From Macrostomum lignano (taxonomy: Eukaryota), in NCBI GenBank assembly GCA_002269645.1, contig NIVC01003853.1, forward strand, positions 1 through 64,000: a DNA stretch of 64,000 nucleotides, in the 5' to 3' direction. A model generated the notes under the pieces. That model saw nothing but the letters and a program-made list of their open reading frames with translations, was not told where the DNA came from and did not search any database. Shown one piece after another: positions 1 through 11,689 of this stretch. Positions within the stretch are counted from its first letter, which is position 1. Every line of letters begins with the position of its first letter. The translations under genes and the position numbers were made by a program.

Positions 1-162
1 CGGGTGCGGCTGAGCCGTCTTGGAGCCGCCTGTGAGTGACGAGCTGCTTCAGCAACATCAAATTCAGGCAGACTCTGAAGAGCTGCTCGTTACTGAGATT
101 TTATATTGACTTTTGATTCACGTCTGATGCGAACTTGCAACACCCAGCTGATTCAGTGCGAA

Positions 163-470
163 CTGGCAGTGCCTGTGTTATTTTCTTATCAGTGTTATAC
201 TGACAACTGGCAGTGTCTGTGTTATTTTCTTATCAATGTTATACTGACAACTGGCAGTGTCTGTGTTATTCTCTTATCAGTGTTATACTGACAACTGGCA
301 GTGTCTGTGTTATTCTCTTATCAGTGTTATACTGACAACTGGCATGCCTGTGTTATTCTCTTATCAATGTTATATTGACAACTGGCATGCCTGTGTTATT
401 CTCTTATCAGTGTTATACTGACAACTGGCATGCCTGTGTTATTCTCTTATCAGTGTTATATTGGCAACTG
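163..470. repeat. Minisatellite, 42-44 bp unit
   Basis: Tandem unit actgacaactggcagtgtctgtgttattctcttatcagtgttat with shorter variants. Confidence 0.9.
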
Positions 471-525
471 CCAATGTGAAGCAAATGTGAAGATGATTTT
501 CTTGGCGTTGTTTGCCGGAAGCCGA

Positions 526-1432
526 CGATGGACTGTAAGAGACTGTTGATGGACAGAATGGACAAGGCAGAGATGGACTGTAAGAGACTGTTGATGGACA
601 GAATGGACAAGGCAGAGATGGACTGTAAGAGACTGTTGATGGACAGAATGGACAAGGCAGAGATGGACTGTAAGAGACTGTCGATGGACGATGGAAATGG
701 GCAGAGATGGACTGTAAGAGACTGTCGATGGACAGAATGGACAAGGCAGAGATGGACTGTAAGAGACTGTCGATGGACAGAATGGACAAGGCAGAGATGG
801 ACTGTAAGAGACTGTCGATGGACAGAATGGACAAGGCAGAGATGGACTGTAAGAGACTGTAGATGGACAGAATTGACAAGGTGGAGAGATGGACGTAAGA
901 GACTGTCGATGGACAGAATGGACAAGGCAGAGATGGACTGTAAGAGACTGTCGATGGACAGAATGGACAAGGCAGAGATGGACTGTAAGAGACTGTCGAT
1001 GGACAGAATGGACAAGGCAGAGATGGACTGTAAGAGACTGTAGATGGACAGAATTGACAAGGTGGAGATGGACGTAAGAGACTGTCGATGGACAGAATGG
1101 ACAAGGCAGAGATGGACTGTAAGAGACTGTCGATGGACAGAATGGACAAGGCAGAGATGGACTGTAAGAGACTGTAGATGGACAGAATTGACAAGGTGGA
1201 GATGGACGTAAGAGACTGTCGATGGACAGAATGGACAAGGCAGAGATGGACTGTAAGAGACTGTCGATGGACAGAATGGACAAGGCAGAGATGGACTGTA
1301 AGAGACTGTCGATGGACAGAATGGACAAGGCAGAGATGGACTGTAAGAGACTGTCGATGGACAGAATCGACAAGGCAGAGATGGACGTAAGAGTCTGTCA
1401 ATGGACAGAATTATGCAAGGCAGAGATGGACT
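526..1432. repeat. Minisatellite, 45 bp unit, about 20 copies
   Basis: Unit gatggactgtaagagactgtcgatggacagaatggacaaggcaga; accounts for all overlapping repetitive ORFs at 413-1497. Confidence 0.95.
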
Positions 1433-3517
1433 CGCTACCAAGAACAACCAGGGAGCAGCCGCTTGTTTATCATATGACCTTCGTTGACTACGACTGAATT
1501 AGCGAAATCCCACTTGATTTAAATTTATAGCGGTTCATCCAGTTTGCAAAGCATTTCTTCCCCGGCCAGAATCGATGCAAGAACGGAGCGACTTGATAAA
1601 AAGCAGCGAAGAACGAGCTGTGTCAATGCTGGAATATTAATGAAAAATGTCCAACAATTCAAACAACGCCCGCAGTAAGTCACTGTGTGATTTAGTCTAC
1701 TGTTGCATTGTTAATCACGTGCAGCGAAGCTTCAACCTCTCTCTTCAAAAACTGCACTCACCAAGCATGCAGAGTCAGGTTCGCGGCTTATCGATTGGAG
1801 CGTTCCAGGTGAAGTGCGGGAACCGACTGATGATGTGTTTGGAAGTCGTGTTTTAAATCGTTGGTTCGTTACTCGTATATTTGTTGAAATAAAGCAAGAG
1901 CTCGTCAATCGTTTCGCGCTTGTTCCTATCTATCTTGCCGCTCGTAAGCAGTTTATCAATTGTGGGCCTGTAAGCCAAGCATTTACCCACACATCATCTC
2001 TTCACTGTTGCCTTCAGAGAAGAACCAGCTCACTCGGTGGGGTTGAGATACGGAGAGTACAGTGCAAGTCCAGGGACTTAAAAGGCCCCATCAAAGATGA
2101 CCACCCACTCAGCCTCTAACAAAACGTCCAGCTTACTGGATTTTCAGTTCGAAAACCTCCCTCTACGAATGCATAAGTGAAGTTGTGTCCGAGCAAACCA
2201 CATACTTTTCTTATGACAGGCTGACCTCGATGTGCCCACCTTTAGTTCTCGCTGTTCAAAGGTACAGATTTTGTTGTGACATCAGAAAGTTTATAGTGAA
2301 GTATTTTATAGCATAATCACATACCATTTTTCACAACTGTCACCTCTAGTGATGCGTAGTCATTGTGTTGCTCTTTCCTACAAAGCTCGGTCAATAGCGA
2401 TAGCTCATTACTTTTGTCACCCCTTTCAGAGAATCTACGGGCAGATTACTCCAATTAGTGAGAACCATGCGCTATAGTTTAGCAGTCAGAAAGAGTCTCG
2501 ATTCTTTTTCTGATGTAGAGATCTCCAAATACGATACAAAGTAAACTACCATAAGTAGTAACGTAAAGATGCGAAAAACTTTGAGTGCTAAAAATTGCAA
2601 ATTGTCATACTCTATATTTAAGACCACGAAAGCAACAAATGACCATCTTTTGCAACATTTAGATTTAGAACTCTGAATATGGTATTCGAAGCTCAAACCT
2701 AATGTATTCCATAGGGGTCAAATTTCCAAAACGCAAAACTGTCATCTACTAAAAATAATCAGTTTTTCACGAAATTTTCCTATAAATACAAGCCAAAATC
2801 CGAGCTAAAAATCTCAGACTCGGAGCAGCCTCAAAACATCTTGAGCTTACAGCAGAAGCTACTCGAGGCTACATCTCTGAGGGAGAAGTAAACCAATTGG
2901 TGTGCCTTTGTTCGAGCCTTTGTTATTGAATTGATTTTGAGAGCGATTTTATTGCCGGCCGTTGTTGATCAGTTGATTTTACTGAGACTATTGAATTTGA
3001 GGCCTCCTTTTCCTAAGGGATTGGATAGGATCTGCAGACCGATTCCGATACCCTTAGAGGATTATCGAGTTGATTGATTTTGGTTATCCTAGATTAAACG
3101 ATAGGAGCACATCACTCCGATTCCGTTATCTCTAGAAGAATACGCCCTTCCTGGAGGGCGTCGTTATTATTGCAGAAAGTTGATTTTGTTATTAAGGGCG
3201 CATTGTTGATATTGATTATTGAACTTAAGGCCTATATTGATTTTGCATTCGAGACATACTGCGACATCGCCAGATTTAATTGTTACGCTCTCACTTTCGG
3301 CCGATTCTAGACTTCAAGAAGATTCCTCCGGAGAAGAAGAAAATTTGAAGAAGCGAACCCTACATACGCGCGCAACAAAGAAGAAGAACAAGGAACGAGC
3401 TTGGAGAACCTGCCCTACAAAGAAGAGGAGCCCGCAACCGTAAGTGAAAACTGATTTTGTTCCCAGGCTTAAGGTCTGGAAGTGGCAGTTCGAGCGTTTA
3501 GACACTAGACCTAATTC

Positions 3518-3580
3518 TCTCTATCTCTCTCTTTGCTCTTTCTCTCTCTCTCTCTTCTCTTTCTCTCTCTCTCTCTCTCT
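3518..3580. repeat. (CT)n microsatellite
   Basis: Imperfect CT run read directly. Confidence 0.9.
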
Positions 3581-3883
3581 AGTGTGCTAAAGCTTTTGTG
3601 GTTCACGGCACTCAGTTCACTTACAATATTAAACTCAGCTGACTGTGACTCCATCTAGGCTATCCACTGGCAGATTCTCCTAGCTGATTGAACGCATTTT
3701 GATTTTCGTTTTTCCCTTGCTGATCTTTTCTGTTTCTTTCCGTCTTTGGTTTTGCGACTGATCTTTAATCTATGGTATAACTAATATGCTCCATAACCCA
3801 ATTTATTATTCCAAAATCAACCAATCCGCTGGCAGTAGACAATTTGTCTATGGTATGAAGAATCATGAGCGTTACTTAATATA

Positions 3884-4036
3884 GGGCCGTATGTATAAAG
3901 CCTAGTAGGACTTGGGTAGTTCAGTCTATAGTCTATGGTCTAGCTACCTCAGTTCTGTCTATAGTAGACCAAATCCAAGTCCAGACTAGCTTTTCAAGAC
4001 CGGACTATCCTAGACAGAGCTTTTTGCATACGGCCT
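3884..4036. mobile_element. MITE, PIF/Harbinger-like
   Basis: Imperfect TIRs gggccgtatgtataaagc / gctttttgcatacggcct, flanked by ATA on both sides (3-bp TSD). Confidence 0.6.
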
Positions 4037-5503
4037 ATAGCGTGACTTAATAACACTTGTTAAATCTACCAATAAATTATTGCTATGCCTTATTATATAT
4101 TATGCCAATGACAATGATGTCTTATCTAATATAGACTTTTTTCTTTTTGAGGGCATCAATTTCGAATGCCTTGTTTGTGTGACTGTTTAGCAGATTGTTT
4201 GACCGTCATCCCCTTTGACAAAGGAAAATGCAAGTGCCAGCCTCTCTGTAATGCCCTGCCAAGAAACGGTCGACCGTCGCGACGCCTGCCGACTAAAAGT
4301 GACGTCAAATGACGATGCTAAAGTCAGTTCCATGTTGAACTCGAAAAAGAAGCCCTTGTTATTCACGAAAAAGCACTCCAAAGGGGATTTAAAAAGCCTT
4401 GGTCAGGCGCTTCGATGGCTGCCTCACCAGTGCCAAACTCACTCGATACAGAAATTCAGTCAGGTCTTCGAACGCTCGACCTGAGACAATCGACCACCAC
4501 ATCGTAGCCGGCAGTTACTCATCGCGAGAAAGTCGAATTCACTTGTCAAGCTCAACGCGTCCGTCTCGAAGACTTGATCATCCACGAGGCCCGCAAAGTG
4601 AACCTCCACTACTCTGTGGTGTACTGACATTTTCAGTCTGTTAAAGGCTATACTCGTAGACTTGAAGCTTGCTAAACAACTCAAGAGTGACCGACCCCCG
4701 CGGCATCGATGGAATCTGAAACAATTTCCTCAAACAGGCCAGGCTGCTCAGAACACGTCATCCGCAAACTCTCTGACGGCTGTACCAGCTGGACAGACCG
4801 CAGACGGGCGATGATCCGTAGGCAAGGCAAAGACTCCAGCACGTTCATGAACCATCTGCATTCCGTTCGACCTCGGCAAAGCCTACAACATGAAACTTTT
4901 TGCAATTTGGTGATTCAAAATTAGGTTAATAACACTTTTAAAATACCTGGTACGAGCTACAAGGGAAATCAAGGAAAACTTTTAAAAGAAGGGAATGCCG
5001 ACTATTAGAAAAAAAGCGGAAAAAATAGTTTAAAAAGACTAATAAGATGAAGATTTTGCTTTTTAAAAAATGGATGTTATTAAGTGTCTGACCGCTTGCC
5101 AACAAAATCAGCTGATGGCTTCCATCTTTATCATTGAAGTATTCGATCTGAACAAGCTCAGTTATAATCTGACAAGAAGCTCAATCTTCAAACCTACAGC
5201 TGCGCATTTTCCACTGACAGAGCGGGGATGCCAACAATGATCAGCTTTTTCTATGAGTAGAAAAGGCCGCTTACAAAAGCACCCAAAACACTTTGTGAGC
5301 ATGACGACAGCCATTAGCCACCTATTGACCTGGATGCACCTTCAGTTATAGCGTTCAAGCCGGGTGGGGTTCGTTGTTTCTCAGGGTCAACGGATTGCCA
5401 TTAACGTTTTTGAGGAGTTTGAGAAGCTGACCCCTTTTCTGCTGGACTTGCTCGCCCACCTGGATTGGCAAGATAGCGGGCTCAACTCGTTAGGGTTGTA
5501 GTC

Positions 5504-8374
5504 CACTTACAGCCAGAAGTAGATCGTCAAGTCAACGAGTTGCTGGAAAAGGGGCAGATCGAAGAAGCACAGTCACCATGGTGCTTTCCTTTGGTGTGCG
5601 TAAAGAAGAAATCAGGGGAAATGAGGATGTGCGTCGATTATCGGAAGTTGAATGAGGTCACCGTCAAGGATGCAGTGCCGATGCCGAGGGTCGATGATGC
5701 GCTGGAGGCAGTACACGGCGCCAAGATCTTCTCGACAATGGACCTTCACAGCGGGTTTTGGCAAGTAGGGGTGAGACCTCAGGATCAGGACAAGACGGCG
5801 TTTGCAGTGCCGCATCGCGGACAATTTCGATGGAAGGTTATGCCGTTCGGCTTAGTGAACAGCCCAGCAACATTCACCAGGTTGATGGCAGCCGTTTTGG
5901 ACAAGCAGATGTGGAAAACCTGTCTCGTCTACATCGACGATCTACTGGTTTGGTCAACCGACGTGGATGAACACCTGAGAAGACTGGAGGAAATATTCAG
6001 CAAGTTGCGGCAAGCAAATTTGTGCCTGAAGCCCCAGAAGTGTCACTTTTTGCAAAAGCAAGTGAAATTTCTCGGTCACACGCTGTCGGCTGCTGGCATC
6101 AGTACCGATGAGGAGAAAGTTCAAGAAGTGAAGAACTGGCCAACACCGCGATCCTCGACGGAGCTGCATTCATTCTTGGGCCTGTGTGGCTATTACAGAA
6201 AGTTTATTAAAGATTTCGCCGCAATAGCAGCGCCTCTAACTCGGTTGACAACAAAAGACGCAAAGTTTGAATGGAAAACGGAACAGCAGCTGGCGTTCGA
6301 AACATTGAAGGAACGAATGACAAGTTCAGAGGTTATGGCTCATCCGGATTTCTCCCCGGATGCCGGAGAGTTTATCCTCGATACTGATGGCAGTTCGAAG
6401 ATGGGCATAGGAGCGGTACTTTCTCAAGTCCAGCCAGATGGAGCAGAACGAGTGATCGCCTATGGGTCCAAGACACTAAATCAAGCCGAACGCAACTATT
6501 GTACGACTCGTTTAGAACTACTAGCGGTTGTGACTTTCATCATGAAGTTCAGATACTATCTGCTTGGAAAAGCGTTCTGTCTGCGAACGGACCACAGCAG
6601 CCTGCAATGGTTAAAAAACTTCAGTGATGCCGAGGGACAGGTTGCTCGCTGGTTGGAGAAGTTGGCTCCATTTCAGTACCGCATCGTTCACAGACCAGGT
6701 CGATCGCATGGCAACGCGGACGCAATGTCGAGGAAGCCAGTACGGAGACATTTCGGAGCGGAGACATGCCCGGCATGTGCGCAGCATCCAGAAGGACTAA
6801 ATGCAGTCGAATTTGAACGATTCTCAGCCGGCAATCTGGCAAGCGAGCAGGATCAAGACGACGATTTGAGAACAGTAAAGGAAGCGCTTGGCTCAAACCC
6901 AGTCCCAGATAAAAGCGAGACAGCTTGGAGTCCACTGGCTAGAGCCGTCTGGACTCGAAAAGACGACCTGGTGCTGCAAGAGAAAGTGCTCCTTGTGAGA
7001 AACAAAGACAGGCGCGATGAGTATCAAATGGTGCTGCCACGAAAGGCATTGGATCGTATCTTGAAAACCCTACACGAGGGAGTGGGAGGTGGCCACATGG
7101 GCTTTGCGAAGACAAAATTTAAAGTGCTTCAGCGCTACTGGCGTCCAGGATTGTCTCGTGCCATTGAAGAATATATTCGCGGTTGTGCCACCTGCTGCAA
7201 GTCAAAGCCGGGCAAGCGAAACCGAGCACCCCTGCAACCGTTGACATTCGCAGCACCATTCGATTGCGTCATGATGGACATTGTCGGGCCGCTACCGCGG
7301 AGTAAGGCTGGAAACATTTATCTCCTGACAGTCCAAGATTCGTTTACGAAGTGGCCTGACGCGTACCCGCTTCGCAACCAGAAGGCAAGGACGGTGGCAA
7401 GGGCGCTTTTCAATCGATGGATTAGCCAGCATGGATGTCCGAGTACTTTGCACAGTGACCAAGGAAGGAACTTCGAATCGCAAGTGATGCGCGAAATGTG
7501 CAGGATACTCGAGATCCGCAAGTCCAGAACCACAGCTTATCATCCGAGCGGAAATGGACAAGTAGAAAACTTCAATAAAAGTTTAAAATCCATCCTCAAG
7601 TGCTGCCTAGAGGACTCAGGACGAAACGACTGGGAAGAATTCGTCAGCTCTGCGTTAATGGCGTACCGATCAAGCGTGCATCGAGCAACGGGTTATACTC
7701 CCCACTACATGGTCTATGGCACGGAGATGCGCCTACCGATAGACTTGACTGACCAGCCGCCACAGCCTGTCGATTCGCATGTAAATTTCGTCAAGGAGCT
7801 AGAAGACAAATTGCAGACAGCTCATCGCGCTGCTCGACAGCAGTTGAATACTTATCAGCGGCGACAGAAGGACCAGTACGATAAAAGAACCCGAGGATCC
7901 GATATTCAGGAGGGTGACCATGTCTTCGTCTACAGCCCCGCCCTGAAACCAGACGAAGCCGCAAAGTTTCACGTAAGCTGGCTCGGCCCAGTGAAGGTGC
8001 TCGAAAGAAGATCCGAGGTGCTCTTCAAAGTGGAAAACCCGTCAAATCGTAAAAAGTCGAAGTTCGTCCACTTCAACAACCTCCGGAAGTTCGCTCGACC
8101 GGCCGCCCTGGAAACACCAGTTAGGACCGCGGCACCGCCGGAGGTGGTCGACGAGACGGACTCGGAGACAGAGGCGGAATGCGAGACTTGGACTCGGCCT
8201 CAACTGATGCCGCCACAGGACGCCGAGGAAGTCGCCGAGGTGCTGGAAGAGCAGATGGAGTTGGTTGACGACCCGCAGCCTACTCATAACCCGGTGGAAG
8301 CTGCACCTGAGCCTCGAAGGTCCGGAAGGTTGCGACGGCCGCCGGATCGCTACGGCCAGCCAGTGACATTCTAA
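5504..8374 (+). CDS. pol: Pol fragment: reverse transcriptase, RNase H, integrase (N-terminally truncated)
   Basis: RT YIDD; RNase H ILDTDGS...ELLAVV; integrase H-H-C-C, MMDIVGPLP, HSDQGRNFES; Gypsy domain order; uninterrupted frame. Confidence 0.95.
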   Translation, partial: HLQPEVDRQVNELLEKGQIEEAQSPWCFPLVCVKKKSGEMRMCVDYRKLNEVTVKDAVPMPRVDDALEAVHGAKIFSTMDLHSGFWQVGVRPQDQDKTAFAVPHRGQFRWKVMPFGLVNSPATFTRLMAAVLDKQMWKTCLVYIDDLLVWSTDVDEHLRRLEEIFSKLRQANLCLKPQKCHFLQKQVKFLGHTLSAAGISTDEEKVQEVKNWPTPRSSTELHSFLGLCGYYRKFIKDFAAIAAPLTRLTTKDAKFEWKTEQQLAFETLKERMTSSEVMAHPDFSPDAGEFILDTDGSSKMGIGAVLSQVQPDGAERVIAYGSKTLNQAERNYCTTRLELLAVVTFIMKFRYYLLGKAFCLRTDHSSLQWLKNFSDAEGQVARWLEKLAPFQYRIVHRPGRSHGNADAMSRKPVRRHFGAETCPACAQHPEGLNAVEFERFSAGNLASEQDQDDDLRTVKEALGSNPVPDKSETAWSPLARAVWTRKDDLVLQEKVLLVRNKDRRDEYQMVLPRKALDRILKTLHEGVGGGHMGFAKTKFKVLQRYWRPGLSRAIEEYIRGCATCCKSKPGKRNRAPLQPLTFAAPFDCVMMDIVGPLPRSKAGNIYLLTVQDSFTKWPDAYPLRNQKARTVARALFNRWISQHGCPSTLHSDQGRNFESQVMREMCRILEIRKSRTTAYHPSGNGQVENFNKSLKSILKCCLEDSGRNDWEEFVSSALMAYRSSVHRATGYTPHYMVYGTEMRLPIDLTDQPPQPVDSHVNFVKELEDKLQTAHRAARQQLNTYQRRQKDQYDKRTRGSDIQEGDHVFVYSPALKPDEAAKFHVSWLGPVKVLERRSEVLFKVENPSNRKKSKFVHFNNLRKFARPAALETPVRTAAPPEVVDETDSETEAECETWTRPQLMPPQDAEEVAEVLEEQMELVDDPQPTHNPVEAAPEPRRSGRLRRPPDRYGQPVTF

Positions 8375-8788
8375 TGGGTTACTCGTCATCGTGAAGTCTC
8401 ATCAGTTTCATATGCGATTATCGTTAAAAGCCAGAAAAATATTTCGCGAATGCGTCATTCATCATAAATACGAGTACTTCATCAATGCATCATTCATCAT
8501 GAGTACGAGCAGTTCGCCAATGCGTCATTCAAGAAATTCGTTAATGCGTCATTAAGTCATTTTAATCGCATCTTCATCGAAGTTTTGACGAGAATCAAAT
8601 TTTGCCTACAAAATCTATGCATCGGTGGAGGGTATTCGGACTGGCATCCGGTGAAAACTCGAATTTGCGCTGGGACTTTACGATGCAGGGCCACGGTCCG
8701 AGAAGATGACGCTCTGGCAAGAGGGGAGCAGGAGTAAAATCTGGAGTCAGGGACAGTGTGTCGCAGGTTTGAGTACGTTGCTTTGCAG

Positions 8789-9736
8789 ATGGATTTGTAC
8801 GCTGTCCTCCAAGTCGGACACACAGCCGAACGTGCCGAGATCAGGCGAGTCTATCGACAGCTAGCGCTCTTCTGGCACCCGGACAAGCACCCGGACAAGG
8901 AACTCGCAGGACGCCGTTTCCAAGAAATTGAGACTGCTGGTAGAATTCTATCGTGTCCATATCGCCGAGCGATGTACGACCAGTTGGGCGATAAATCAAT
9001 CCCGTATGACGAGGCTGTAACCTTCGCAATGACGTTCATACCTCCTACTGGTGTAAGAATGCCGGCGGACATCGAAGAGGGAGTACAGCAAAGGCGAGAA
9101 GTTGAAGAAGCTCAGCGCAAGGAAGCTGGTCTCAGGCAGGGGAGACAGGGACAGAGGAACGATTACGAAGCGGATGGCTACATTCTAATCTCGGACGACG
9201 ATGAGAGCGAGGAGTCGGATGAGTGTAGCATCGACACAGAAGAAGAAGACGAGCTGCTGGCATCGGATGGCTCCTCCGGAAGTAGTGAGTCAGAAGCTAT
9301 GGAGATCGATGTACCGGAAAGCAAGGAGGTTGTCTCACATCGCGCGTCGGGAGCAATATGGGATGATGAAAAGCTGTCGTTATCGGCAGCTGCGCGTCAG
9401 CTCCGCCATCGTTTGATGAAGCATATTTTGGCTGGACAGTCGGACGGAATCGTGTCAGTGCTCACGGCTATGAGACGGCTGTTTCGAGACTCGCAGCGAG
9501 AACCGAGGAGCGCACTGTCAATGGTCCTGCTGCAGGCGTTGTTCTTCATCCGCAGAGATATCGCTCCGGTAAAGCGTCAGAGAGCAGGCCGCCGTTACTG
9601 GTCTAGGCAGAGTTTTGATTGTTTCGTCCGACAGCTCTGTCACGAGCTCATCCCGCTGTTCGGTTTGCGCCGGCCCGGCAGGCTGCTCGAGGTCCTGAAA
9701 AGCTGCGTCGGTCTCCCTGGACTTCGGGTTCGCTAG
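8789..9736 (+). CDS. Retrotransposon ORF3: J-domain (DnaJ/Hsp40-type) protein with acidic linker and helical C-terminal domain, 315 aa
   Basis: MDLYAVLQV...EIRRVYRQLALFWHPDKHPDKELAGRRFQEI...LSCPYRRAMYDQLG fits the J-domain consensus with HPD; first ATG follows the acceptor-like ttgctttgcag. Confidence 0.9.
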   Translation: MDLYAVLQVGHTAERAEIRRVYRQLALFWHPDKHPDKELAGRRFQEIETAGRILSCPYRRAMYDQLGDKSIPYDEAVTFAMTFIPPTGVRMPADIEEGVQQRREVEEAQRKEAGLRQGRQGQRNDYEADGYILISDDDESEESDECSIDTEEEDELLASDGSSGSSESEAMEIDVPESKEVVSHRASGAIWDDEKLSLSAAARQLRHRLMKHILAGQSDGIVSVLTAMRRLFRDSQREPRSALSMVLLQALFFIRRDIAPVKRQRAGRRYWSRQSFDCFVRQLCHELIPLFGLRRPGRLLEVLKSCVGLPGLRVR

Positions 9737-9869
9737 GGTGCCCAGTTCCGATTCATACCGTATTTTCTGCTTAATTGTACGTATGTTGTTACGCTCGTAC
9801 TGTATGGGTTTATTTGCATGCTAGTGGGGTCAAGCTTCCTGGAGGAATGGCTCAGCGGCTTCTGCGGCG

Positions 9870-10125
9870 GCCACGTGCGCTTCCTGCCAGCCACTTGCGC
9901 GTCCTGTCGGCAACCTGCGCGTCCCGCCCGGCCGCCAGCGCGTCCTGCCGGCCACCTGCGCGTCCCGCCCGGCCACCTGCGTGCCCTGCCGGCCATCTGC
10001 ACTTCCTGCCGGCCACCTGCGTGTCCTGCCGGCCACTTGCGCGTCCCGCCCGGCCACCTGCGTGCCCTGCCGGCCATCTGCACTTACTGCCGACCATCTG
10101 CGCGTCCTGCCGGCCACCTGCGATG
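9870..10125. repeat. GC-rich ~20-bp tandem repeats in the 3' noncoding region of element 1
   Basis: Recurrent cctgccggccacctgcgcgtc variants. Confidence 0.85.
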
Positions 10126-10371
10126 GTTTTCTGTGGCGCCAGCTTTGATGTAAAGCCTATTCCGTGCCCCGTGGTTGCTCTGACGAACTTGCGTGCAGAA
10201 AACCAGTACTTTTTTTTCATATTTCTTTTGCGGCAACCATTTTTCTTTTTCCCTTTTGCATTAGTTTGTCTCCAATTCTTTTGTTGTTTTTGATTATTTT
10301 TTTTGCTTTGTTATTTAAAAAAATTTGGTATCCCAGTCGCCGTGGTTCGAGCTCCGCCCTGTTTTTTTTGT

Positions 10372-10383
10372 AGGAGGGGAGGG
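10372..10383 (+). other. Polypurine tract of element 1
   Basis: aggaggggaggg immediately before TG. Confidence 0.75.
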
Positions 10384-11282
10384 TGTAGTGCATGCGCCCT
10401 TGTCAGTTGGCAGGGCGCGTTGCACTTTAGGGCTGGTTGGGGGGGTTGGCGGGCGTGGCAGGGTCTGGCCGCCGGCCGGGTTTTGCGCGTGCCCCTCCCC
10501 AGCCGTGCCCCTGCCCCGTGCTCAGGGCTGGTTGGCTGCGGCCGGGCCAGCTTTGGCGCGGGTGCAGCCCCTCCCCCTTAGGCGGGGTTTTGATTGGCTG
10601 GGCCGGCGTGGTTTGTTTTGGTGAGCTTAGCCGGTGGGGCCGTCTGCCCCAGGGTTTGGGTGCTATTTATGGTGCGACTCTGGCTCTTGCCCACCACCTG
10701 CGTGCTTTTTGTGTTTTGGTGTGCTCCGAAAGTGCAAGCGCGAGACCTGATAAAAGAAACAGCAACATTAGCTACTTTGATAAAAGAAACAGCAACATTA
10801 GCTACTTGGATAAAAGAAACACAATAGCCTAATTGAGAAGAGTCTTGGAGAATTAAGAAGAAGTCGGAAACTGCGCTTGAGACCTGCGAATAATAAACGG
10901 TGAACAGTCATCTGGCCACTGGTAAGCCGCCTGCTGTTTGAGTCCTTTCTTTCCGGGAAGCTTGCTAGGCCGAATTCTTGCCAGAGCGTCATAACGCCGG
11001 GAGACCATATAGCTTCTGTAGTACGGTACCGTTTACCATATATATTGCGTACGCCTTACGGTATAGAGAATAGAAGCACTCGAGAGTGTCACCACACCTC
11101 GAGCCGCAGCGTGAACTCTGAGTGTCACAACACCAGAGGGATCGAATTATTATCGCAGAGCGTCGCCACGCCTGCTCGTCGTATTCATAAAAGTACAGAC
11201 AGAGCGTCACAACGCCTGTTATATCACATATAATATATATTGTACTCGGGACTGGGCACCCAAGCCGACCCGGGTTACAACA
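10384..11282 (+). repeat. 3' LTR of element 1 (right end uncertain)
   Basis: Starts TGTAGTG after the PPT; contains ATTGGCTG, TATTTAT (10664), AATAAA (10892), GTAAGC (10922); candidate end cccgggttacaaca resembles the other LTR ends in the window. Confidence 0.6.
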
Positions 11283-11689
11283 GGGTTTTTTCTTCAGAGT
11301 GAATGATCAAAGCCCTGTGAAGTCATTTTGCTTTCTTACTATCGCATATCGACATACATGTACCTAACCATGCCATGAGTATCGGTAGGTTCGTGGGCAG
11401 CATCCCAGAGTAGAGAGCTGTAGTCTCCATGGCCCCTACGAGCTATAGTGCAGCACATTCTTGCATGCCGCAAATTACCACCAGCTTGCCTCGGTTTTCA
11501 GGCCGCGCGATCAGATCAGCAAGGATTAAACCAATGACGGCGGCGACCCAGGGAGGAGGATAAAGACTTTGAGAGAGAATTTTCATTCCTGTTAGAGGTG
11601 AGATTGCGAGTTTAAGTCAAAATGGGATGGACAGGTGCCTACACTTGACAATCCGCATTTAACTTCAGGCAAAATTCTTATCTACAGTT

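Larger units (their letters stand above)
5504..11282 (+). mobile_element. 5'-truncated Ty3/Gypsy LTR retrotransposon (element 1) with J-domain third ORF
   Basis: RT-RH-IN ORF, J-domain ORF, PPT and a 3' LTR starting TGTAGTG at 10384. No gag, protease or 5' LTR: similarity to element 2 starts at HLQPEVD (~5504). Right boundary uncertain. Confidence 0.85.

Noticed and set aside
413-1497. Several long overlapping ORFs up to 344 aa
   Set aside because: Products of the 45-bp minisatellite, open in several frames on both strands
1500-5470. Short ORFs and possible exons between the first minisatellites and element 1
   Set aside because: No recognisable domains or consistent splice chain
8789-9736. 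ORF3 as a host DnaJ gene adjacent by chance
   Set aside because: Intronless, lies between pol and the PPT, and has a homolog at the same position inside the LTR-bounded element 2
10326-10332. TGGTATC as an initiator-Met PBS
   Set aside because: Only 7 nt, and it lies upstream of the PPT rather than after an LTR
11017-11282. Separate short solo LTR (TGTAGTA...TACAACA)
   Set aside because: Good terminal inverted repeat but no TSD (cttc vs gggt); cannot be separated from the element-1 LTR, so left unresolved
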